Numbered from the stretch's first letter, positions 36,089 to 48,683 are shown. The stretch is DNA of 64,000 nt from Leucoraja erinacea (GCF_028641065.1 NC_073392.1:15314001-15378000); one strand, 5' to 3'. A program made the numbers and translations. The notes: generated by a model from the sequence alone, not told the origin.

Positions 36089-38029
36089 GCTTCAATACAT
36101 TTGGCTCTATCCAGGGCAGAAGAGCCCATTTGATCAGTATTCATTCATTCACACCCTCTGTCATGTTCCAATGTGACTGTAATCATAGTATTAACAAAGT
36201 ACAGCAATTGAACAAGGTTTCCTCAACTGTGTGACTTTTGCACATTAGAAAAATAAAAGCTACAACTGTGCTGGATTGCAAGTTCCCTTTCAACTTTACT
36301 TCGGAGTCACGTGAGTGACTACGTGAAGAAGGGCCGTCCGTCTGCGTGCGCGTCATTACGTCTGAATGCAACGCGCACGACGGGCTGGCAGGCACTGTGT
36401 CCTCCCAGCCGTCGGGATGGGCAGGTAAGGAAAGTTGAACTACTTACCTGCGTTCTTTCGGGCTTGAAGCTTTTTTGTAGTTTCAGAGCCCAGATGTCGA
36501 GGAGACGGCCCGCGGGGATGTCGGCTGCCGAAGACCGCAGCATTCCAGGTAGCGGGCGACGGTCTTGTTCCTGACATTAGCGCCGACAGCAGAATCGGCA
36601 GGAGACTTTGTGCGGGAGGAGGAGCTCCATGGTTGTCCTGCGGGACGTAATACCACCCGCAAGTCTAACAAACCCGTTGACTCGGATGAGTCCGGGGAAG
36701 AGGGATACCCTCCCTCAACGAGAAGTTGCTCCAACAATGATCTGCTCCGAATGAGGGAGCAGTATCAGCACGGCTTACAGCAGTGCCGGTGCCGGGAGTC
36801 TCGCACATGGGGCAGCCCAATGTCTTCCCCATTGGAGGGGGAAGTACATATGGAAGAAACCACTCTGAATCAGAGTACAAAAGAAGAGGGGGGGAAACCT
36901 TCCCAGGGACAAGCAGAAGAAAGGAAGTAAGTAAGTAAGTTTTACTTATATTGCACTGTTTAAGTCAACACCAAAATGCTTTACATAAAAGGAATAATAA
37001 GCTTCCATACAAACAACAGAAAATAAGTACTTCTGCAATCATCCAGGTTCCACTGGGTGCTTCCCTGGATGGAATCTAGCTATTGACAGGCCGGGTATTA
37101 TGGAGAACCCGCAGGCAGCAGCACCTGTTTTCAGGGCTGCACAAATGTCTCCTGCTCTGAGGAGAGGAGCATTCATGGTCCGTTTCAGTCTGACCCAAAG
37201 CTAGAACCTCATTAAGGTCCACTGGAAGGGCCATGTCGGCACAGGTATCCTCAGGGGCCTGCGGCAGCACCTGTTTTCAGGGCTGCCTACGAATCTCACT
37301 CTCAGTGGAGGGGAGTGTGAGTGATCAGTAGGTAACTGATCTCGAATTTAAAGTATGAACATACTGAAGCATCAGTAGGCGACAACACACCCCACACCTC
37401 CATAGGGGGTAAGCGGTTCACTGAATCTGGTGGTAGCTTGAAAGCTGGGCACGGAAATAGGATCAGAGTCGTCTTTCAAGGCAGACTCAAAATAATGGCC
37501 AGAATTGTCCTACAAGGCAGGCTCAGTATGATGAGGTTTTCAGACCAGACCCAAGCAGAGGTCAGGAGAAACATGGAATCCACACTCCCTACCAGTCCAA
37601 CTCCCAATCAAGGAGAGAAAAGGAATCCGCATCAGGGGCCTTTGGGCTTACCACAAGACCACCGGTAGCCATGGAGGTAGGTGGGTCTGGGTTTACTGAA
37701 ACAAGGGATTGTGGACCAGTTACATGTTGGTAATTTACTCTTTTGTTCTTGTTCAAAATGACAATAACATGCATTTTCAGAACAGGTTTAAAAAAACAGA
37801 TAATAACATGTGATTATTTTTTACTGCAGAACATACATAGGTTCCAAGCAGACTTGGAACTTGGACTGGAGTTGTCATCGAGGCAGGCCCAGTATTTTTG
37901 GGCAGGATTGACATTCTGGACATGTGACAGATGGAGGATGTCACTTCATCCAGGTTTAACTCATTTGTGCAGTATAGACTTTCAGTACAGTAAATTTTTG
38001 TTACAATCTAACTACTGTTTTATAGGAGC

Positions 38030-39060
38030 TTCCTATAAAATGGTCACATGGCATGCATCAACCTCAAAGATGCATACTATTTGGTGTCTATTCACTAAGA
38101 ACAGGAGATATTTGAAGTTTAACTGTATGGCATGGATCTGCCAAATGGGTTGACATCAGCTCCTAGACTATTGACAAAACTACGGAAACCAATTCTGGGT
38201 CTACAAAGGTCTCAGAACCACATAGTAATGGCATATTTGGACAATTTCATTTTGGAGTCACCAAGAATTGGCAGAAGCATCAGTCAAAGCAAACCAAAAC
38301 CCTGTTTGATAGAATTGGTTACCTCATCCATCCAGTTAAATCAAAATTGACACCTACAAGGGTAATTGATTACCTAGAATTTACTATCAAAAACAGTAAA
38401 TATGTTGGTGACTTTGCCTAGGGGCAAACGATTATATTAATCAAGCCTGCTATGACCTGATAGTCAAATACTAGCCATCTATCAGGCAAACAGCGAGTGT
38501 AATTGGCAAATAGTAGCTGCATTTCCAGCAGTACGTACGGGCCTTTGCATTACCAGAATTTACAGCGAGCAAAGGAACGAACACTCAGATTCCATGCAGG
38601 CCAAATTGGCAAAACTATGGATTGCCAGCAGAGGCCATTGTTGAATAACTATGGTGGATAACGAACGTGAGAAAGCTCAAGGTAAATTTTGCTTGAAAGC
38701 CATCGAGGGTTCTTCAGACCTATGCAAGCGGCTAAGGATGGGGAGCCACTAACACAGTCTAGAGCTGTGGGGGCAGATGGAATGAGCAGGAGTCTGTAAT
38801 TCCCCAACACATGGAATCAATTACCCAGAATTGTTGGGGGCACAATTTGGACTCAAGGGTTTCTGTAGCAATATGCAACCGGTGCTTGTTCAAATTCAGA
38901 TTGATAACACCACTGCGGTGGCACATATCCATTAACAAGGGTGGTGTAAAATCTGTATCTTACGACAGATTGTCGAACCTCATTTGGCACTGGTGTATCA
39001 AGAGGAATATTTGGGAAATCTACGAGGTAGATATAACACGGTGACAGATGCTGGATCACG
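38030..39060 (+). pseudogene. DIRS reverse transcriptase and RNase H remnant
   Basis: INLKDAYY, RRYLKF, LPNGLTSAPRLLTK, MAYLDN. RNase H TYASG*GWGA and IDNTTAVA. Confidence 0.9.
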
Positions 39061-39074
39061 AATGTTTAATAACA

Positions 39075-39495
39075 ACACAGAATGGATGTTGAATCAGGCA
39101 GTATTTAACAAAATAACTACACGATTTGGCATACCAGATATTGATCTGTTTGCATCTAGACTAAACCATCAGTTACCCAGATATGTGTCCTGCAAGCAGG
39201 ATCCAGGAGCAAAGGCAGTGGATGCTTTCTCCCTCAATTGGGGAGGATTGTTTATGTATGATTTCCGCAAATTTGTCTCACAAACCGATGCTTGACCAAA
39301 ATCAAGTAAGACTAAGCCACAGGCATATTGGTAGTGCCAAATTGGCCTACTCAAGCCTGGTTCCCAAAATTTTTGGGAACTATAGTCCAGCCAGTTATGG
39401 CTGTACCCAAGAGCAGGGACCTCCTAGTGAACCCAGTTACAGGGAGTAATCATCCACTACACGAACATATTAATTTGTTGGTCTGCAGATTCTGA
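39075..39495 (+). pseudogene. DIRS DAM-methyltransferase-like domain remnant
   Basis: TEWMLNQAVF..FGIPDIDLFASRLNHQLPRYVS...DAFSLNW, LVVPNWPTQAWFP. Confidence 0.88.
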
Positions 39496-39549
39496 GGAGG
39501 CCTTTGTAAGGCATAGGACTGTCCGAACAAATACGACACAGTTTGGATA

Positions 39550-40335
39550 ACAGATGTCTTGGAGTTTCCTATCAACTCTGTACTATAACTATAAACAAAG
39601 TTATAGTGCAATCTATAGTGCCAGAGGCACACTCTCCTCCTATCTGATGCTGGAAGCAGGGCACGGGTCGATAGGAACGCACCCCTTTACAACAAAATTC
39701 ATGAACGGAATTTACAATTTAATACCTCTAAGACCAAGGTACACGGACACATGGGATGTGAGCGTGGTACTAACCCTACTTTGACAGTGGGGACCGCCTA
39801 TAACTAACCCTGAAGGTGGTATGCTGACAAAGAGTCCAGACACTGCAAAAGCTATGGTTGGACCACATGATCACCAATATGAACAACATAACATTCGTAA
39901 TCAGGAACCTGATAAAACATAGCAGGCCAGGAATGCCAGGGATGGAGATCCAGTTCTTGGCATATCCAGAGGACCTACGGTTATGTGTGTGGCAACATAT
40001 TAACGCCACTATCTGAGAGTTACAGAGAACCTCAGAGGCTCAGAACAATCGGTCCTCATCAGCCATAAAAAAATAAAAATAAAAAAATAAAAAAAACCAC
40101 ACCAGAAGGTGTCAACTCAAACCATCTCCAGATGGTCAAAGGGGGTAATGGCGGTAACAGAGTGAACATTTATATGGTTAAATCTCACTCCACCAGGGCT
40201 GCATCTACGTCGGCAGCAAGAGCATTGGATGTGCCTCTTGACGACATCCTAGTGGCTGCAGGATGGACGAATGAAATATGGTCCACCGGTTTTATAACAA
40301 ACCTATGACCGGACTGGGGGTGTTTGCACATACCA
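39550..40335 (+). pseudogene. DIRS tyrosine recombinase remnant
   Basis: SYSAIYSARGTLS, RPRYTDTWDV, TISRW, SHSTRAASTSAA, ILVAAGW, RFY. Confidence 0.9.
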
Positions 40336-40538
40336 TTTTTAGTTCTGTCCCTTAGTTTACCCCCAAGGTTGGGAGGGGTAACTAGTTTTTAAAAACTTTT
40401 CTTTCATTTAAAGCATCAGTGTCTTTACTTAATTACGTAGTGTCTGAATGCTTTAATGATGACACGCATCCATGGTCAATCCATTCAGTGTGTGACGCCT
40501 GGATTCATAACCGGCGTAAAATCACAGAGCTTTGAAAT

Positions 40539-40650
40539 CTTCACGTAGTCACTCACGTGACTCCGAAGTAAAATAGTAAGATTAAATGAGAACTTACCAG
40601 TTTGAAGTTTGATCTTGATTTTATGAGGAGTTACGATGAGCGATTACGTG
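40539..40650 (+). repeat. DIRS ICR, copy B
   Basis: Reverse complement of 36295-36328 and of 40794-40869. Confidence 0.95.
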
Positions 40651-41534
40651 CCCACCGCCCCCACCCTCATACTATCAAGGTCACATGTAAGTTCTAGTTT
40701 CTTCAATCTTACTATTCTCAGGTCTTCTTTTTATCTGTGATTTAACACCGCTGCTTTGAAGATTGACGCGCACGCAGACGGACGGTCCTTCTTCACGTAA
40801 TCGCTCATCGTAACTCCTCATAAAATCAAGATCAAATTCAAACTGGTAAGTTCTCGTTTAATCTTACTATTACATCCCATACATTTTGAAACAGTTTGTT
40901 CTCCTCTTTCGCATTGCTGATTATAAATATTGGACTTGACTAGAAGCCATTGTACCTTCAATATACAGGTCACAACATGGACTATCTTGGTTGCGCTAAG
41001 GATGAGGATTTTAGCAATAGCACGCCAGTGATACCACTTTTCAAACCCAACACATGCAAACATGACTATATCTCACACCATCCTGCACTATAAATACATT
41101 GCAGTTCCTGGAGCATCTTGCCTATCAGCATTCGGGGAATATCTTCATCAGCTGTTCATGCGACATGATCACTACCACTTTCTTGATGGCAATTGGAGAT
41201 GGCTATTAAATGCTGACCTTGTTTGTGATCTCCACATCCCAGTTCAGAATACAATGAACACTTTTCTTAACTTAATCCAGAGAGAACTGAGAAATCCGTC
41301 CACAAACACAGCTGTACTCAGATGACACAAGTGCAAGTTTCAATACCCTTTGGTATTTCATCAATTCTTCCTGCATTGAACTGATCAGAATTTCAAACTC
41401 TGGAAACCCATTCTAGTCAGACTAAACACCGATCTTGTTAAAATGCAATAGAAAATTACCTTATTAACATCTACGCTTTTTTAAAATTTTCCAATAATTA
41501 GCCACCCACCTGTACTAATCAAAGGTCTTATTGT

Positions 41535-41730
41535 GTATGCAGGAACTGCAGATGCTGGTTTGAACCAAGGATAGACACAAAATGCTGGAGTAACTCAGCG
41601 GGACATGCAGCATCTCTGGAGAGAAAGAATGGGTGACGTTTCAGTCTGAAGAAGGGTCTTGACCTGAAACGTCACCCATTCCTACTCTCCAGAGATGCTT
41701 CCCGTCCCACTGAGTTACTCCAGCATTTTG
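41535..41730. mobile_element. Fold-back Penelope pLTR derivative
   Basis: About 66-bp inverted arms 41579-41644 and 41664-41729 around a hammerhead-like core. Confidence 0.85.
41646..41673 (+). ncRNA. Minimal hammerhead-ribozyme-like motif
   Basis: CTGAAGA-agggtcttgacct-GAAAC-GTC. Confidence 0.55.
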
Positions 41731-42314
41731 CTCGCTGGCATTCAAATATATTTTAGTTAAATGTGAAAGTGGTGACTGATTGGGACTGCCATTTAATTGC
41801 CCTTCATCCCCATTCTTGACGCCTCCTCAGTAATTCAATGCGTCGTCCACCTTAAAATAATCGCATCTTCATGCAAAACAAAAATGTTTGCATCTGCTAA
41901 GTAGATAATTTTACAATGGGACACAATACGTTGCAAATGGAAGTTACATAAACAACTGAAAAAAATGGTTGAAAGCATCACTCATTAAGGCTTTTCCTCA
42001 TTTCTGCTTATGGCTATTTGTACATGTCACAAAAAAATTGTGTCTATTATGGACTTTATATGTCTTCAGTATGTAATAGCAATTTTTTAGTCGAGCAGTA
42101 ATAAATGGTGGAAAACCAATTGGGACCAATAAGATATTACTCATACAGATCCAAAGAATTGATGTTTAGTTTCAACCAGTCCTGATAGGAGGGAGAATTC
42201 ATTTCTGGTGATAGGAAAAGATGAGAGTAATTGCTTTGGATTGGACTTAACCATGTTGCTACGGAGATCAAATTGCAGCATAATATTTCCTTCAACACAG
42301 CATCCACTGGCATA

Positions 42315-42490
42315 GCTTTGACAGTGGTTGAGGCATATATGACAGTAGTACTTAAGAGACCTTTGGATAGGCAGATGTAACTGCAAGGAATGGAAGGATA
42401 TGGATTATGTGCAGGCAGATAAGAATTAATCTTGGCATCATGTTCGGCACAGACGTTGTGGGCAAAAGGGCCTGTTCTTGTGCTCTGCAA
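42315..42490 (+). mobile_element. CR1 3' UTR fragment
   Basis: gtggttgaggca...ggatatggattatgtgcaggcag...gggcctgttcttgtgct. Confidence 0.75.
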
Positions 42491-44286
42491 TTCCATGAAA
42501 CTTGTCAAACAGCAAATTCACACAACAAAAATACTGTTCCAAAATGATGACATTAGTATTTGTTCCAATACTTTGAAATGATTCCTACTTACTAAATCCC
42601 TATAAACCCTTTCAACAGATCCCGGACATTCTTGTTTGGCTCAGTAATAGTTCAAAATGAAAACCAGCAGACAAAATGACGAAGTGGGCTTAAATTCTGA
42701 TGAAAGGTTATCAATCTGAAATGTCAAAGCTATATTGCTCGCTCCACAGACCCACTGAGGATCTGCAGATTGGATATTTCATGAAAGAATTGATGCAAGG
42801 GTATGAAGGAGGAGCGAACCTCATTGTGCTTCACACCCATTTGTTCTACTCTACTTACTCAACACCCATTTGTTCTACTCTATTTACTCATTCTAATTTG
42901 GTCATCACAAAATCAGAGTAAATGTCCACTGTTACAGAAAATATAATGTAAATGTAGGCTGATATATTTGGAACTGCAGAGTGTTGCAAAATCCAAAGGG
43001 TAGGAATTGGAAATTGCAGTGCTTATATCAATTTGAGAGCTAATACAATAATTCTACTTTACTTGCTTTTAAATGCGTGCTTTGAAGCTGGCAGATGGAG
43101 ATTGTGATGTTCCCTGAATAACCATGTCATTTTGAAGAGTGGAAGAAAGCTTGCCAGAAATCTCCAGTTTAAAATTGTGACAATCTGTCTTCCAGCTGCC
43201 TCCCTAGTGCATGGCAGAGACTTTCTGACATGGTGACATTAATTTTCTTTCCAACGCTTTTAAACTATTCCAATTTAATCAGCTCCAAGCAGTCTTTTCA
43301 ACAGATCCCTGACTCCGCTGTAGCTCGGTAAAAGCTGAAAGTGAAGGCAAGGGAACTGTGGCACCAGACTGATCAAATGGACTTGATGACAAATTAGCAT
43401 TGGACATTTGCACAACAGCTAGAGTTAAGACCGTGACAAAACAGCTTTGTGTGAACATTGTGGTACAGAGAAAAGAATGTCAGGAATGGGCTGTCATTTT
43501 GAAATATGCCAGCTATTTTTATAAACTTTAGTTCCCTACTGGGCATCCTGAAAATCCTTTTCGTTCTACAGCCCCTCTTTCTTTTGAATCTTAATGATAT
43601 ATCCATAAACACATGTATCGAGAACCCGCTATGTAATTCATAAAGCCTGCACCTTTAACAGGCCACATGGACACCATTCCTATTAGGGCATTGCTCAACA
43701 TTGGGTCTGGGTTGTCATTTCCATTTGTATCATGCCACATACAAGAAGTGACACAAAAAAAGTTCCATCACATTTTTAATAATCCACCTCCTCTACAGTG
43801 GATCAAAATACTGAATGGGAAATTAGTTTTGAGTTCATGAAGTATGTAAAGTAGAAAAAAACGGCAATTCTCAAAGACAAATTAAACAAAACGCTAAAAT
43901 ATCTGATGCTACATCCTGATCAAACAATCCGAAGATAATCTTTACCTAGAAAGATAATTGGCACTTTCCCACTTAGTTCACATTCATGCACTAATTTCCT
44001 AGTCACTGGTCTTGTGTCAATTGAATAAACTAAGGTCTAGAATAAAAACTGAATATGCTGGAAATAATCGTCAGACCAGGCAGTATATGTGGCAGGAGAA
44101 CCGAGAGTTAATGTTTCATGTCAATGATCTTTCATCTGCAATTCGCTCTCTGAACATCTTCACCCTCTACCTTTCCTCCCTCCCCAGCCACTTTTTAAGA
44201 CCTATGACCCTGCCAAATCCTTTATTCCCAATACTAATCTCTCTGTCCAAACTATGTTCTTATTAAATTCGTATTAAGACCCCTGG

Positions 44287-44570
44287 ATGGCATAGTGACA
44301 CAGCGGTAGAGTTGATGCCTTACCGTGCCAAGGACCCCGGGTTCAATCCTGATTATGGGTGGTGTTCGTGCGGCGTTTGCACGTTCTCCCTGTGACTGCG
44401 TGGGATTCCTCCCACATTAGAAAGATGCACAGGTTTGTAGGTTAATTGGCTTCTGCAAATTGTCTCTAGTGCGTAGGATAGCGTTAGTATATGAGGTGAT
44501 CGCTGGTCGGCGCAGACTCTGTGGGCTAAAGAAGGACCTGTTTCTGTGCTGTATCTCTAAAGACTAAAAC
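44287..44570 (+). mobile_element. V-SINE (HE1-like)
   Basis: A and B boxes, V domain, tail. Confidence 0.85.
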
Positions 44571-45114
44571 CTTAAAACATTTTAGAGGAGCCGTACAAAT
44601 GCAAACTGTTATTGGTCATCCAAAACACTGGCCCTTATTTTCTTTTGAGAGTTGGAGAAGTATTTTGTACTTATGACTTTCACCTATCGAGTCAAATTCT
44701 GAGCATTTGCAGCCTTCTCTCCCAGTTTTTATTGCAATTTTTGCTCTTCCCATACACTAACTGTGTTATTCAGATTCAATTTCCTGCCAGTAATGGAAAG
44801 GGCAAAGAGAAATGGAATTGGAAAACAACTAATGCAGTAGGCAAGCATATTTTTTAATAAAAACCAGTGTTCAGCAAGTCAACTTTCCGAAACCTTTCAA
44901 CTCAGTACAAACAATTCACAGTAATGACAAATGAATAGTTACAATTGGTCATTAAATGGAGAGTCCAGTAAAACAAAAAGAGAATAGTAAAAAAATAAGA
45001 ACAGTCAAAACCAATTCTAAACTAGATAACCAACAGCGACTGTCCCAATGACAAATAAATGAAAGACTGATTTAGACAAATGGCAAAAACGTAATGCAGT
45101 GGTCAGAGACACAG

Positions 45115-45155
45115 GTTGCCAGGACAACGGAAGTAAAATGTCAAACCTACCAATC
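45115..45155 (+). promoter_or_regulatory. Possible RFX X-box + ETS + CCAAT cluster
   Basis: GTTGCCAGGACAAC overlapping CGGAAGT, with CCAATC about 15 bp downstream, in non-repeat DNA. Motif match only. Confidence 0.25.
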
Positions 45156-45933
45156 GTTGACCAAAATGTTTCCATGAAGAAAAACATGGCAAAACTATTA
45201 GATCTCAAACATTGATGAAAACACAATTCCAATGTTTTGATCATTTTATATATTAGATTTTGAAACAAAATTGAAGTAAATTATGTTTCTAGCTGTACAA
45301 ATGGCAGATGGGTAAGAGTTACCAAAAAGAAAACTACAGTGACAGTTTACTGTTCTGGAGGCAGATATCAAGTGGAGCTCTCTCTAGTTCAGTCCTAAGA
45401 CTGCTGTTTTTTGATAGTTCAGGATTTCTGTGGTCAAACACACTTCTGTAAAGCATGAATTGTTTAACACCTAATGCTGTAATGAGTAAAGCTGGCAGTT
45501 CCCAACCAACTGCCTAGGTTTCTTGTGAAATTTCAGCTTGATATATAAATAATTGGAAGTTTAGTAAATAGTGAGGATTATTGTCATAGACCTCATTTAT
45601 TAGAGGTAGGTGGTAAGCAAAAGCATGGCTGATGAAGTTCAATACAGAAACTTGTGAAGAGATTTCTTTTGATCAATAGAGTAGGAAAAGTAGTCGAACT
45701 AAACAGTCAGTCTGAAGAGGGTCTCCATTCCTTCTCTTCGGAGATGCTGCCTGTCCCGCTGAGTTACTCCAGCATTTTGTGCCTACCTAGTCAAACTAAA
45801 CGGTATTATGTTAAAATGTATATGAGCAGGAACAGAACAGCCCGCCCTTGCTTCAAATCATTGAAGCAAAGATGACAGGAGAACCATTTGGTTGATTAAG
45901 TGGTTCAAAGCCTAATACAAAAGCAAAGAGTTA

Positions 45934-46488
45934 AGCCCCTGTCCCACTTTCATGACCTAATTGGCGACCTCTGCCAAGTTTGCCCTTGACTCATACTTGC
46001 AGCATGGTCGCCAAAAGTTTGTAGGAGGTCTTGGTAACTCTTCCTCAAGCTCGTGAGTGGTCTCCACGTACTCGTGGCCTCAAGTAGGTTGCGGCATTTT
46101 TTCCAGCCTGATAAAAAATGTCCATGAGTTAAAAAAAGGTCAGCATGGAAAAAATTGATACTTTTTACTCGTAGGTAGGTCGTAGTAGGTCGTGATGGTA
46201 GTCGTAGGTAGTCGTAGATAGTCGGAGGTTGGCGTAGGTCGGTAACTGGGCCGAGAAAAAACATGCAAACTTGACATCATTTTATCATGTGATCACTTTC
46301 CACTTGTAGCTAGTCGTAGTTGGTCTTAGGTGTGGAAGACTGAGGTCGAGAGGGGGCGTCGTAGGAGGTCCTAGACATAGTCGTAGGAGGTCTTTTACTT
46401 CAGCGAGTCACACGACCTTGCCATTTTTTTCAACTTGTCTAGGGTCTTCTAAACTCGTGCATTAGGTCGCCCAAGTGGGACAGCCCCT
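45934..46488. mobile_element. PIF/Harbinger-type MITE with (gtcgtag)n-rich interior
   Basis: TIR ag(c/g)..ctgtcccactt and TTA TSD (45931-45933 and 46489-46491). Confidence 0.88.
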
Positions 46489-47230
46489 TTATGATAAACC
46501 TGTGCAAAATAATTGTGTGCTATTGCGGAAATTGGGAAGGATATAAGGTTTGGAGATATTTACTCGAATGATTGATGGATGAAGGATAACTGTTATGTGA
46601 ATAGACTGGTAGATAGATAGATCTACCATACTGGTAGATGGATAAGATTCCTCTTCCTATGGCAGAGGAAACAAGGAGAAGAGTGGAAATGTTTGAATGA
46701 AGTTTTAAGTGGCCCCACTGGCCATAGGGTCAATAACCAGGGGTAATATGTCGAATAACATCTAATTTATAAGTGGCTAGAATTTGCAATGGGTGAGCCA
46801 GATTAAATCATAGCTTCCAAGAATGAAATGGAAAAGTAACTGAAGCAGAATACAATTGCTGGGATATACAGAAGTTGTGGAGAAATGGGAGTTAACTAGT
46901 CTGCCCCATGAAAATAACTGGCAGAGGCTCAGTGACTTTAGGTACTGCTCCACTTCATAATTCTATGAGTCGCTTTTGGACAGTTCAATGCTCTACACCT
47001 CCATTTTAAAAATATGCCACTGAGAAGTTGCAAACGTGTATAATTCAGACCTTAAAAAGTTGTCATTTTTCAGTGTAAGCCATGTCATTCTATTTACATT
47101 GTTATCAGCATGATGTAAATTTTATATTACATACAGTCTTTGAGCAAGCTGTCCAGAGGTTTTACACAGGTTCCAGTCTCAGTGGCAGGAAAGCTCTAAG
47201 CTGTGGCCTTTCCTCATGGTTATACCACAG

Positions 47231-47520
47231 GCGGCACAGTGGCACAGCGGTAGATTTGTTACAGTGCCAGAGACCCGGGTTCAATACTGACTATAGGTGC
47301 TGTCGGCATGTAGGCTCTCCTGATGACCACGTGGGTTTTCTCCGGGTGCTCTGGTTTCCTTCCACACTCCAAAGACGTACAGGTTTGTAGGTTGATTGGC
47401 TTTGGTAAAAATTGTAAATTGTCCCTAGTGTGCAGGATAGTGTTAGTGTATGGGGATCGCTGGTCAGTGCGGACTTGGTAGGCCGAAGGGCCTGTTTCTG
47501 CGCTGTATCTCTAAACTAAC
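47231..47520 (+). mobile_element. V-SINE (HE1-like)
   Basis: Matches the SINE consensus along its full length. Confidence 0.88.
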
Positions 47521-48384
47521 ATAAAATTGGATCAAGTTTCAGTGCATCTCCCTGCACGTAACCCTGTACCTTGGAATGTAACAGTCTGAGACATTTAGTA
47601 ATGGCCAGCCCCTTGTTATGAAAGACCGATAAGTTTCAGTGAGCTCAAAGGACAACTTTCACCAAGTTGATGACTTTAACGAAGCAGTTTGTATTTGTCT
47701 CAGCATGTGTCCATGGGAACAGCCCATAAAGCAGATTCCTGTGTTACACAGCTGCTCGGGATGAACCTCAACAAAGACCACAGCATTGCTTTCCAGAGCT
47801 TGTTGGCAAAGCATGTATTCCACAAGGAATTGGATGGTAGTCTCATTTCCAGTACAGCCACTTGCTATATTTAAAGGGTCAGACTGGGAAAGGCCTACTT
47901 ACCACCAAGCAAACAAGGCCTTGATCGCCAGTTTGGTCAAACACAACAACCATCCAATAATATTCATTACTTTCTTCTCTTACATAACTTAGAGAACAGT
48001 CGATGCAGCCCACTGATTGATTGAAGCTCAATAGTCTTGTTCTGTACCCAATGTTCTACAATGACAAGTGGAAAATAATGTTTTGTAACAATATGGTTAG
48101 ACCACGCCTTTTCAACACCAAAGGCAGATAGATGACATCTCAGCAAGTTATGACATGAGTTCCCACCTTAAAGAAAGAATCTATTTAAGAAAGGAAATAA
48201 GTGCTCACTTTAGCAGTGTGACTCCTGTCAGTGTTTAAAAAAAAGAAACATCAAGAATTTTTTTCTCAGCCAGTTATTTTGTCAGTTTTCTTCATTTTTA
48301 ACTGTTTCCTCTTTTTCTAAAAGAACAATTACAGGAGTTGCACAAAAGTATATAAATGAACAGAATACTATGCTAATCAACACA

Positions 48385-48683
48385 TGTGGTGCAGCAGTAG
48401 AGATGCTGCCTAACAGCTAATACAGCACCGGAGACCCGGGTTGGATCCTGAGTCCTGACTGCGGGTGCTGTCTGTACGGAGTTTGTACGTTCTCCCCGTG
48501 ACCTGCGTGGGTTTTCTCCGAGATCTATGGTTTTCTCCCACACTCCAAAGACGTACAGGTATGTAGGTTAATTGGCTTGGTAAATGTAAAAATTGTCCCT
48601 AGTGGGTATAGGATCGCTGGTCGGCGTGGACTCGGTGGGCCGAAAGGGTCTGTTTATGCGCTGTGTCTCTAAACTAAACTAAA
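48385..48683 (+). mobile_element. V-SINE (HE1-like)
   Basis: Matches the SINE consensus, (ctaaa)n tail. Confidence 0.88.

Larger units (their letters stand above)
36295..40869 (+). mobile_element. DIRS1-type retrotransposon, copy B (different subfamily, decayed)
   Basis: Left ITR 36295-36355, ICR 40539-40650, right ITR 40764-40799 plus extension to 40869. RT, RNase H, MT-like and YR remnants occur in canonical order. Confidence 0.95.

Noticed and set aside
46170-46400. CRISPR-like or coding repeat array
   Set aside because: Irregular 7-8 bp gtcgtag motifs inside a MITE, with no repeat-spacer periodicity, in a eukaryotic context.
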